This document shows, piece after piece, positions 1-11,826 of a stretch of DNA of 64,000 nt. The DNA comes from Blepharisma stoltei ATCC 30299. Its lineage: Eukaryota; Protista; Ciliophora. Every line of letters begins with the position of its first letter. Position 1 is the first letter of the stretch. The stretch covers positions 186,001 to 250,000 of the forward strand of contig CBFDEM010000017.1 in NCBI GenBank assembly GCA_965603825.1, written 5' to 3'. A model generated the notes under the pieces. The model made no database searches and was not told the origin of the DNA. It saw only the letters and a list, made by a program, of their open reading frames with translations. The position numbers were made by a program, and so were the translations under genes.

Positions 1-1496
1 AAAATTTTGGGCAAGTTTTCTAATATAGAATTCAATGATATAAGTTTTTGGTTTTTAAATGAAGGACATCTCATCATTTCAAATTTTTCTAATAATAACT
101 GACGGTCAGTAGTATTATATAGAAACATAGCTTTTTCTAGTTCATTATAATATGAATAATTGGTTTGGGATTCATATTCTCGCTTTCTATCTTCATTAGA
201 AAGGATATCCATAAGGATTTCTTCACTTGGCCGCCTTTCAGGGGCTTTTGGGGTGAGGTCTTTGTGATAGCTGTTGTTAATACTGTAGCCTAATAAATAA
301 GACATAATGTCATCAAATATATGAGGCTTGAAGTAAGTAAATATTTTGGAAAATTCAGGGAGAGATAGAGCTTCAGGCTTGTTTGTGGGAAACTGCAAAG
401 AGGTGTCGGCTTGTTCTGTGTCGCCTGTATTTAAGTAACTTACTCTTCGTCTTATATCATTTTCATTTCTAATGGACTTTTTAGACTCAGAGCCCGCCGC
501 TTTCTTTGTATTCATTGCTTCCCTTAACTTAAGCACATCTTTTTCAAAAATCTTCAGTGCATCAGCAGACATAGCACAATATGCATCATGATAACAAATA
601 AAATTATCCTTATTAAAGTCATACAAATCAAAACAAAATTTCAGAATTTTTTCATCAGGGTAATTAATTATTTTTTCAATTTCTACAAGTCATTTGTTAA
701 AATTGTATTTATCCAAATAAAAGTATTTTAAAATTGCCTCAACCATTTCGCTTGGGTACCTATTAAGCAAATATTCTTTTAAATTTTCGCTGCTTAATTT
801 AATTTCTCTTGAAATCATGCTATCATCTTTTGCTATAACTTTAAACGTTGAAAATACCTCTGGCCTTGATCTGTCTACACATATAGTGAAAACCCCTTTT
901 CTTCTCTGTTTTGAAGCGAATTTATTTTTTTTATAAATTTTACTTTTCCCCATATTTGGGGTAATAATGTCGAGAGAAATATTATGAGATTTCCTATCTG
1001 GCTCTGTGTATAAAACTGATATATTTTCCACTGATTGTTTGTTATTTCTTGTAAATCTTCGATCAGTTATAGACATATCATGAATTGAAGACTGTGACCT
1101 CTTGTTTTCATTATGAGGACTATTATATCTGTTTTTAGAGAGTGATGTTGAATTTTCTCTGTATGTCTGAATTTTCTTTATTAAAATGCCTTTTTGGCAT
1201 GCTTGTCTTTTAAAATACTGGTAAACTTCTGGGTGATTTTTCAGTTTATCGAAAAATTTTTGGAAGAACCCAAAATCTTTGTGCATCAGAGGTAGCTCAA
1301 CTTGTGGATTTATAGCAGGGTTTCTATTAGAAAGACCTCTTTTTGCATGAGTAAATGATGGTCCATAATTTTCGTTTTCTTTGACTTCTTCTATGCTTTT
1401 GAGATTTTTTATATGGGAAATTGAATATGCACTAGTAATAGAGTCTGTTTTCAAAACTGGAATTTTTATTTGATTTTTCCTGTACTTTTGAGCCAT
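1..1496 (-). CDS. EF-hand-containing hypothetical protein, 3' end beyond window
   Basis: ORF 690..1496 ends in TGA. Read as Trp it continues (WLVEIEKIINYPDEKILKFCFDLYDFNKDNFICYHD...) without TAA/TAG to the window edge. DLYDFNKDNFIC is an EF-hand-like loop. Confidence 0.75.
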
Positions 1497-1737
1497 CTCA
1501 CAGACTTGTATATTATTAATATTTAAAATGATTTGACACGTTAAAAAATAAAATATTTGGAATTTTGCTTGACAAATATATGAAATTAATGAGAATAAAG
1601 GTTTATAAAGCTGATTATTTAATGTTTTTTGTTAAACTTCATAATTTTTATATATATTCGACAATGATGATTTTAGGCTAAAGACATTTTTATTAGATAT
1701 TTAAAAATCCTATTTTGTGCATGATAATTTTCTTTTG

Positions 1738-2682
1738 TTAATAAAGATTAGAAAATCTTTGGTATTGGCTAAATCTAATTTGTGCATAGTCTAGGAAATA
1801 CTCATTTTGTGGTTTAAACATATTAGCTGCCCACAAAGCTCCTAAATAATTTACAACTGCCCTGCACCCACAAACTTCATTTCACAAATCTTCATATACA
1901 AACCCATTTTCTTCTCCATAAATTTCCACAAATTCATGCTGAGTAGCCAGTGACATTTCATCTTCAGGGTGAAATTCAAAAGGAAAAACATTATATTCAA
2001 ACAGTCTTTCATTAATATAGTTTGCAAGATCAATAGCGTGATAGGCTAGATCAGTATATTCATAATCGATTATTCATAGCTTTTCTGATGATTTAAGGAT
2101 GTTTTGGTATGATACGTCCATATGGCTAAAGACCAAGGAGTCAGTTTTTGGGAAAAATTGTGAAACTTCATTGAAGCCTTCAGGGGTTGTTAAAAATCTT
2201 AAATCTTCTAACTGTCTTTGTCTGTCTAAAGATAGTGAATCCTTATATAAATTGATTTTTGAGCTAAACATATTGCTTCAGTTTTTGATCAATTTTGATG
2301 AGGCAGATTCTCCATAGCCTCTCTCTATCTTATGAAATTCAGAAATTTCATGAGCCATTTGGCTTGCGTAGTCAGAAAGCTCAAGACGGCTTAATGCAGT
2401 CCCATCAATATATTCTTCAATTCTAAATGTGCTTTCCACTCCTAAACATCGAGGACCAAGCCCTGACGCTGAAACTTTCATAAAGCTTCTCCTTTCGATT
2501 TCCTTTGGAATAAGTGGAACTTCACCAAAAACTCGATATATTATTGGAGACGGCTTTGCAGGGGCCTCAACTTTGAACACTTGATTTGTTGCACTGGTGA
2601 ATTTTGTTATTTTAAGCTGCTCTGCTGTGATATCTGAGTATGATGGGATATTTCTTTTGATGTTTTCCAAAATACTTTCCAT
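1738..2682 (-). CDS. Choline/ethanolamine kinase (314 aa)
   Basis: Three TGA read as Trp join the pieces in one frame. Motifs TNQVFKV, GLGPRCLG, RIEEYIDG, Brenner-like VFSHMDVSYQNIL and W-IIDYEY...DLANY. TAA at 1738-1740. Confidence 0.9.
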
Positions 2683-2941
2683 AAAATATAACAATATTTT
2701 AGCGAATTACTAATAAAGCCTATGAAACAAACTAAATATAGATTGAATATCATCCAAACTTCTTAAGACACTTATTAATAAGAACAATTAAGGTCCAATA
2801 ATGAGATCTATTTGCCTAACAAGTTTATCTTATTTTAAATAAAGATTTCAACGTTCCAAAAAGAATTTTAATAATATATCACTTAAACAATATTGAAACG
2901 CAATTAAAATAAATTCAATTTTTGCATATTAATTTATCAAA

Positions 2942-4345
2942 ATGAACCCAAATTATGCAGCAGCTTGGCAAACAAATTTCCCACAAATGCAAGCAGCTCC
3001 ACCCCAGCCGATGTACGGAGGAGGCTTCCAAACCAACGTCTACAGCAATCAAATACCATCCTATCAGCAGCCTCCTCCACCTCCACCAGCTCCCTTACGA
3101 GTTAAACTTGAACCTCGCGAGCGTGGCCTCTACAACTTGCTCCTATCTCAAGCTGATCCAGAAAGTAAAGGCCGCTTAGAAGGAGCCCAAGTTGTCGATT
3201 TTTTCAAAAGGTCAGGGATCTCAACAGATCAATTAAAAGAGATCTGAACAATATGCACGCCAAATGGAGAGTCATTTTTGGATAGAGAGAGATTTTATGT
3301 AGCATTAAGACTTATAGCTCTTGCACAAGAAGGAAAACCAGTCAATGTTGATGCAATTTATGCAAATACGCCAGCTGCTTTACCGAATTTCAAGTCTAAT
3401 GTGGTTGTAAAGGATAAGTGGGATATTGAAGATGATGATAAAGATAAATATGAAAAATTCTTCAATCAGGTGTCACAGGGGAAAGGATTTTTGACTGCTG
3501 ATGAAGCTTATGGACTGCTTACGAGAACAGGAGCTAAAAGCGAATATCTAGCAAAAATTTGGAATATGTGTGACCCGAATGATTCAGGCGAGCTAAATAA
3601 AAATCATTTTATCGTCGCTATGCATTTAGCATCAAAAGTTAAAGCGCTAAGTGAGCCTGTTCCTGATGAAATTCCTCAGGTGTTAAATAAAATATTTTTT
3701 GCAAAAATTGATGAACCTGCTCCTATAGAGCCACCTAAGCCTGAAGCATTTTCAGAATTTGGAATCAATGCAACATCAGCTTCGTTTCCTTCTGTCGGCT
3801 TTGGAATTGACAATTCAGGAGGTTTCGGAATGCAAGCAAGCCAAAAGCCTGCAGACCCCTTCGGCTTAGGATTCCAAACAGCCCCAAGCAAGCCTATCAA
3901 ACTAAACATGGACAAGCCAGATGACTCTTTAATGATGAAAAATATCGCAAAACCCCCTGAACCGGTCCTTTTTGATAAAGCTCCAGCAATGAAACCATCT
4001 GATCCTTCCTTTGAATTTAAAGCTCAGCCTTTAAAAGATGATCTACTTGAAGAAGAGCCTCAGCAAAGTTTTGGAAGAAGCTCAAGCCAAAGCTCAAGTA
4101 AAAAAAATACCTATAAAGCTGATGAAAATCTTGACGGCTTGCAAAAGAGAAATAATGAGCTTACTGAGCAGCTGAGAGAGATTGAAGATGAAATACAAGA
4201 AAAGCTGAGAGAATGAAGAGATGTGAGGTCAAGATTGTCTTTAGAGAGGGAAAGAAACCAGGTTTTAGCTTCAAGGTTAGAAGAAATGAACTCAAAAGTG
4301 TTGCAGGATACTTTTCAGGTAGCAATAAAATCATTCAAATTATAA
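2942..4345 (+). CDS. Eps15/Ede1-like EH-domain endocytic protein (467 aa)
   Basis: Two EH domains (LKEI-TGA and LAKIWNMCD...FIVAMHL), DPF motif, C-terminal coiled coil. TGA at 3245 and 4214 read as Trp; TAA at 4343-4345. Confidence 0.88.
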
Positions 4346-4665
4346 ATTAGGATAGAATTAAATATTAAGCGAATCCTACATGTTTATGAAGCTTATATCC
4401 CATTAGGACATTGTAGATAAAGAGAGCCATATTTTTATTATGATTAATATAGCTATTTATTCAAGCTGCAATGAGAAAGTCTATTTCTCATGTATATTCC
4501 TTAATAACTAATATCTAATTATCTAGTCAAAAATTTATATTTAATCTAAAAATTGGACTATTCTATATTATAAAGACTTTGCAATATCTCAAAGAAATGC
4601 TGCCATCAAAAATAAAGTTATAATTCACACTAATTAAACAGCAAATTCTGAATTAATTTATAAAA

Positions 4666-6144
4666 ATGGCTTACCAAGAACTAAACTCAAAGCCTTATAA
4701 TAAAAAAATCGTATGGAAAATTGCCTTAAATGCCAGCATCGGCTCATTTATATTTGGCTACAACACAGGAGTTTTCAACTCAAATCAATTAAATGTCGCA
4801 GCAACTTTAGGATGGGGTGGTAACGAAAATCTTTATATTTCAATCATGGCTGCTATGATGCCATTTGGAGGATTGTTTGGTGCATTATTTGCAGGCACTA
4901 TAGCTCAAAAAATAGGTAGAAGAAAAGCCCTTATGCTGATGGATGTAATTAACATTTTTGGGTGTGTATTTTTTATATGTCCTTATACTTCAGCATTTGC
5001 ATTAGGGAGATTTATTACAGGCTATACAACAGGGTCATTTAGCGTATTATCTCCACTTTATATTGGGGAAACTTCACCACCTGATATTATGGGGACGATT
5101 GGAAGCTTGTGTGGATTAATACTTGCTGTAGGAATTATGGTAGCTTATGCTATGGCTTTACCTTTGCCTACGGGTGATTATCATTCTGATCCTTTGAATT
5201 ATTGGTGAATATTTATGTTTGTTTTTCAAGCCTTGTTTACAGCTTTTCAATTCTTTGTTTTATGGAAGGTATACAAAGAAGACACGCCTATATGACTTTT
5301 ATCAAAAAAGCAGGATCAAAAAGCATTAAAAAGTTCAATGCAGTATTATAACGAAGATGAGGCTGTCAAAGTAATCCAAAAACTCAGAGCTTCCATGTCA
5401 GCAGACCGCGACAAAACTCTTGAAGCAATAGAAAAAGAAGTCCCAGAGACTGCAACATCAGAAAAACCAAAAGAAATCGATAACTCAAAGCGTCAAACTG
5501 ACTATACTTATAAAGAGCTCCTATGCTGCAGCAAGAAAAGCAGAAAAATGATGAGACTTGGAATCTTAGTCAACGTTTTCCAAGTAGCTGCTGGAGTTGA
5601 CGCTTTATTTGCATATACCACTAAAATCTTTAGTGAATTAGGCGGCGGCGTATTTGAGTCACGTGCCTACACAGTTGTGTTTGGGGTTGTGACCGTTATT
5701 TCCACTCTTGCAGTATTCCCAGTTGTCGACAGATTCAATCGAAAAACATTGATTTTATTAGGAAATGGAGGCATGTTTATTACTATGTTTTTCCTTGGGT
5801 TATTTGCAGAAGAGTTTTCAGGGTCTGGGCCAATCCCATCCCTAGTTTTTGTGCTATTATATGTACTTGCATGGTCAATCGGTTTAGGCACAATCTGTTG
5901 GGTTTATTCAGGGGAAATCTTAACATCTCGAGCCATAAGTATTTGTATTGGCGTAAACTGAATAGTCATCATATCAGTAATTTTTACCTTTCCTCACATT
6001 GCCTCTTGGTTTTCTATAGGCATCGCATTTTGGGTTTACGCTGTAATCAGCGCCCTTGGAATTGTTTATTTCCTCATTGAGTTTGTAGAAACTAAAGGAT
6101 TAGATTCCACACAAATAAAAGAAGCTTTTGATAAATATAAATAG
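4666..6144 (+). CDS. MFS sugar porter (GLUT-like hexose transporter, 492 aa)
   Basis: FGYNTGV, IGRRKAL, GRFITG, YIGETSP, DTPI(W)L, VDRFNRK, GVN(W), VETKG. Three TGA read as Trp; TAG at 6142-6144. Confidence 0.93.
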
Positions 6145-6171
6145 CTTTAAATATAATTTCTCTGGATTATC

Positions 6172-6951
6172 ATGGAAAATTGGGATAGGAAAGATTATTA
6201 CCAAAGCTCTGAATCAGAAAATGAAGAAGAAGTCGCCATAGAAAAGCTGAAGGAAAGGGCACAACTTATAGGGGAAGATGACTATATCCCAGAATTAGCC
6301 ACTCATGAGCTAGATTTTAATGAGCTGACTCAGGATGAGCAGATTGAATTGGTGGAAAGGCATTCACCAGAGCTGCTACATTGTATTGAGGATTTTCAAT
6401 ATACGCTGGAATCGTATAAGCAGATGAATGAAAAATTTGGTAAAGCAAATTTAACACCAGAAGGACAAAGTTATTATGCTTTACGACAAAAAATATTTAA
6501 CCTTTTATTTATGCATTTTTCGTTTTATGTGATGCTGAAAGCGAATGGAAAACCAGCATCTAACCACCCAGTGATAAACACAATAAAAAACCTTATAAAA
6601 CTCAACAAAAATATTGAAAAGCAAGAAAAATCAGGCACAATTAAAAAAGAAGCAAAAGTCCCAGTAGCAAAACATGTGGAAATCAGCGAAAAGAATGAAA
6701 AATCGAATGAAAAGCCTAAAGATGATAATTATCAACGCTCAGTAGAAGCAATACTTAAAAATAAAGGAATCAGAAGAAAGAGGAAAAAGGTTGATAGAAA
6801 TGTAAGAGTCAAAAACAAAATGAAGTACCTGAAAAAGGTAAAGAAACGTCAGTCTACTTATGGATATGTAGAAAGACCAAAGACAGATAGATATGGGGGT
6901 GAAAGTACAGGGATTAGAAAAGATATTGTGAAAAGCATCAAGATTAAGTAA
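6172..6951 (+). CDS. UTP3: Sas10/Utp3 small-subunit processome protein
   Basis: HSPELL and NHPVI motifs plus the Sas10 C-terminal domain (RNVRVKNKMKY...YGGESTGIRKDIVKSIK). Confidence 0.85.
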   Translation: MENWDRKDYYQSSESENEEEVAIEKLKERAQLIGEDDYIPELATHELDFNELTQDEQIELVERHSPELLHCIEDFQYTLESYKQMNEKFGKANLTPEGQSYYALRQKIFNLLFMHFSFYVMLKANGKPASNHPVINTIKNLIKLNKNIEKQEKSGTIKKEAKVPVAKHVEISEKNEKSNEKPKDDNYQRSVEAILKNKGIRRKRKKVDRNVRVKNKMKYLKKVKKRQSTYGYVERPKTDRYGGESTGIRKDIVKSIKIK

Positions 6952-7356
6952 ATTTTCTTATTTTAGATACAAAAAATTAATAAATAAATATATCTTTGGG
7001 TTTTAAATTCATATAAAAGCTTATTATCTTTTAGCCATTTGCAACTTTTCAAGCGGTGTTAAAATGGAAAAATAGAATTTCTTATTGTCAATAATAATTA
7101 ATAGATGAAGCTATAAATGCATATAATAAAAGTAAAAAGTACCTAAAATTTAAATAAATTACTAAAATATCAGTGTTATTTTGTATCGGATTATGAAATC
7201 ATCATTAAAGAATATGGCAATAAAAAAAAGCAGTTTCTTTCAAGTATTTAACAAATAAATTTTATCTGCTATTTTATAAGCCATTTATCTCTTCTGAAAA
7301 CATACTTTTAATCTATCTCCAAATGCTAGTCATATTTATTAATAAATTTTTCTTTT

Positions 7357-8790
<1,434 letters not shown>

Positions 8791-9047
8791 TTACAATAAA
8801 TTTTTTGATCATTATTTGTATGAATTAATTGAAATTAGTTGCGTTATAATATTTAAGTAAAATATATACAAAGACTCGGTACAAAAAATCGAATAAGTGG
8901 GAGCGCTTCGAATAAAAACAGAACAAGTTCTGTGAAAAACTAGAAGAGTTCGGACAGCACAAGGGGTAAATGACTACGATAGTGGGCGCTCGAACTAATT
9001 TAATATATAACATATAATAAAGACTACATAATTAAAAAGGTGAAAAC

Positions 9048-9517
9048 ATGCGACGTGAACCGAAATCAGTAAACAAAAATACATTTCCATTGAGAGCATA
9101 TTTAAAAGTGGAAAGAGAGCACATAAAAAAATTACACAGTCTAATAGAAACTCATCATGTTCCACCACACAAAATAGCATCCATACTTATGTTGATTCTA
9201 GAAGATATACCTTTATTGAGCAAATTAGACATGATGAGGGATAGTATGAGACAGCTTGCTCAAGAATATAAAATAAGTGATTATTGTGAGCATCTCAGAA
9301 GTGTTTATGATTTATATTGTTGCATTTATGCACTACCTGAAATAGGCTGTAGATATGGCATCAATGATCATCACTTATATCGTACAGTGGACAATAGGAT
9401 GGATGGACCATGGGTTAACAATGAACCTTACTAGATACGAACTTTTTAAATGTTATCACTGAACACATACGTGAGGATATCAGGACGCAAATAGCTGAAT
9501 ATGAGGCTCTGAATTAA
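9048..9517 (+). pseudogene. Bacterial-type hypothetical gene, frameshifted and apparently cut by the IS256 element
   Basis: SD-like AAGGTG at 9037-9042 precedes the ATG. The 128-aa ORF continues after a frameshift as LDTNFLNVITEHIREDIRTQIAEYEALN, whose TAA lies inside the putative IS left end. Confidence 0.45.
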
Positions 9518-9567
9518 TTTCTGAAATAGGTTATATTAATAATAATAATAATTTATAAGGAAATAGC

Positions 9568-10098
9568 ATGAGTAAGATTAATCAAGAAAAAATAAAACAG
9601 CAGCAGATTTGCTAATAGACAAAGATACTGATTTTTTCAGATTTTTGCTAAAGATGGAATGTTAAAACAACTAAACAAGAATCTATTTGAAAGAGCATTA
9701 AAAGCTGAAATGGAGGAGAATCTAGATTATAGCAAATATAGCAGAGCGGAAACAGAAAATAGTAGGAATGATGTAGGAAAAAAGAGTTTAATTACCGAAG
9801 GCAGCGTATTAGACCTTGAAGTACCCCGCATGCTGAGTTTACTCCTGCATTAGTACCAAAGCGTCAGACTAGAATTGATGGACTAGATCAGAAGACATTA
9901 TCATTGTACACTAAGGGAATAAGTCTATCTGATATTAAAATCCAGATCCACGAACTATACGGTGCAAAAATTAGTGAAAGCATAATCAACAGAGTTACGG
10001 ATAATGCAATGGATAATGCAATGGATAAAGTAAGGAGTTGGCAGAATAGACCTTTAGAAGCAATTTATACTATCGTTTATTTTGATGCTTTAGTAGTT
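9568..10098 (+). pseudogene. IS256 transposase pseudogene
   Basis: At least three frameshifts (~9599, ~9635, ~9828), an in-frame 12-bp tandem duplication, and loss of similarity just after the first catalytic Asp (YFDALVV). Confidence 0.88.
9999..10028 (+). repeat. 12-bp tandem duplication (GGATAATGCAAT x2.5) inside the transposase
   Basis: Directly visible; gives DNAMDNAMDK. Confidence 0.9.
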
Positions 10099-11826
10099 AG
10101 GGAATTAGCAACATTTATGTAGGAATGTGGCATAAGGCTGTAGCTGAGTAAATATATGGCTTTCATAGGCTAGTTTTTTCGATTTCTTCTAAAATCTTTC
10201 CATAAAAAAATTTTCAATAATTACTCTGCAAAGCTGCCTAAGTCACAATTTTAACTTTCTGTAAAAAAAATTTTTATTGTAAGTATAAATTTTTGGATAA
10301 AAAATATCAAATTTTGTTATTTTTCATGTAGCCTACAGCTGTGTTTTTGTATGTTTTATCTATTTTTACCGCTAAACTTTTTATAAAATAATTTTACCTT
10401 CTGATGAGACTTTTATTAATTATACGAGTGATTTCTTTGGCTTGCCAATAAACAATACATAAGCAATGCTAGGCAATAACAGCAGTTTCGTTGTATTATT
10501 AAATCTCTAGTTGTGACACTACCTCTATTCCCATATCCAACAGAAGCTGATATTTTGCAAATGGACAAGAAGATAAACTTTTTCACCTCTTTCTCCAATT
10601 TGGTATTTTGCTATTTTCTCGCAGATAATGTTTTGGAATTTGAAAAGCATCGCAATAGAATAGCCGCCATTCTTTCAACTTCCTTCTAGAGTTTCCTTTA
10701 TTTTTCCATTTATTCCTATAACTGCTGCAATAATCGCACAAATTTCGCATGTATAGACGAGTTAAGTTTATATCTGGGTTGTTTCCTTGAATTTAAAAGT
10801 CATCCATCTCGCCGGTTATTATGTATGCTTCTATATCTTCTTCATCTATAGATTCTAATGCCATGAAAAGGCAAGAGTTTCTTTCTCAACGCTTCCGTGT
10901 TCAGACCCACGATAGCAATTTAGGATTACGGCTTGAAAGCCATCAAGAAACTCTTTGGTGTTTTCTGTAACCTTTCACTACCTTGTGCGTGCATTGCGAG
11001 CTATTTTCTCTTGGAAAAGTTTGTTTAATGAGATTTCAACTTGAAATGGTTCATGATTATTCTTTAGGTTGAAAATATCGACTGTCTGAATGAAGTTGGC
11101 TTTTTGTAAGGGTCTTCTTGTTTTGCTATGAGTATTAGGCTTGATATTTTTACCATTTATAATATAATAAATTCAAATCCCCCTTTAATTTAAAGATATG
11201 ACATTATGCTATTTTAAGGTTCAATTATTTTATAATCAATAGCTGAAAGTATTTTATAAAATCCTTTATCTGATTTTATTTTTAGATTTAGTATCTACAA
11301 ATAATCCTTTTAAATCTTTCTTTTATCTAATATGACTGTAAGTTGGCTAGATTCTTAAGTTTTTAAGCTTAATATTTATTTGCCTGGTGAGATTATTTAA
11401 TTAAATATAATATTGGTTACCAATTATGAAAATAATAAAATTTATACTCTACTTTCTGCTAAAATTTGCTTATTCTTGTATGAGATATAATAAATTTTAT
11501 TATTTTTATTCAGTTTTATTTATTAGTGCCATTAAATTAATGACTTTATTAAATAAAGTGTCTAAACTTCTTTAAATTAAATCCTTCAATAGCAATGAAA
11601 GATTTATTTTAGAAAATCTAATTATATGTCTTATGCCCAGATTTTAAGATATATCCCAATTCGCAACGAAAATTCAGGTGTATTATATGATAAGGGCTAT
11701 TAAAAAATAATCTAAAATCAGTTAAAATTTCCTTGATTAAGCTTAAGCTTCGTCATTTATAAAAGCCAGTATAATCAATGAACTGGAATTCTCAATAAAT
11801 CTTACAAAATATCTAAGAATAATAAA

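Larger units (their letters stand above)
9503..10098 (+). mobile_element. Truncated, decayed IS256-family insertion sequence (left end plus 5' part of transposase)
   Basis: Putative left IR GAGGCTCTGAATTAATTTCTGAAA at 9503; SD TAAGGA at 9556; ATG at 9568. Joined frames give DGMLKQL..NLFERALKAEM..L.Y.KY..NSRN..K...T..G...LEVPR..AEFTPALVPKRQ..LD....SLY.KG.S..DI...I.ELYG..ISES.I.RVTD......WQNRPLE..Y.IVYFDAL, matching IS256/Mutator transposases. Confidence 0.9.

Noticed and set aside
425-443. Intron-like gtaagttacttaaatacag (19 nt, minus strand) in the first gene
   Set aside because: The unspliced frame is open to the window edge, and splicing would frameshift it.
9466-9480. TACGTGAGGAT resembling a Rickettsia palindromic element
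   Set aside because: Only about 11 nt match, there is no flanking palindrome, and it reads well as coding sequence.
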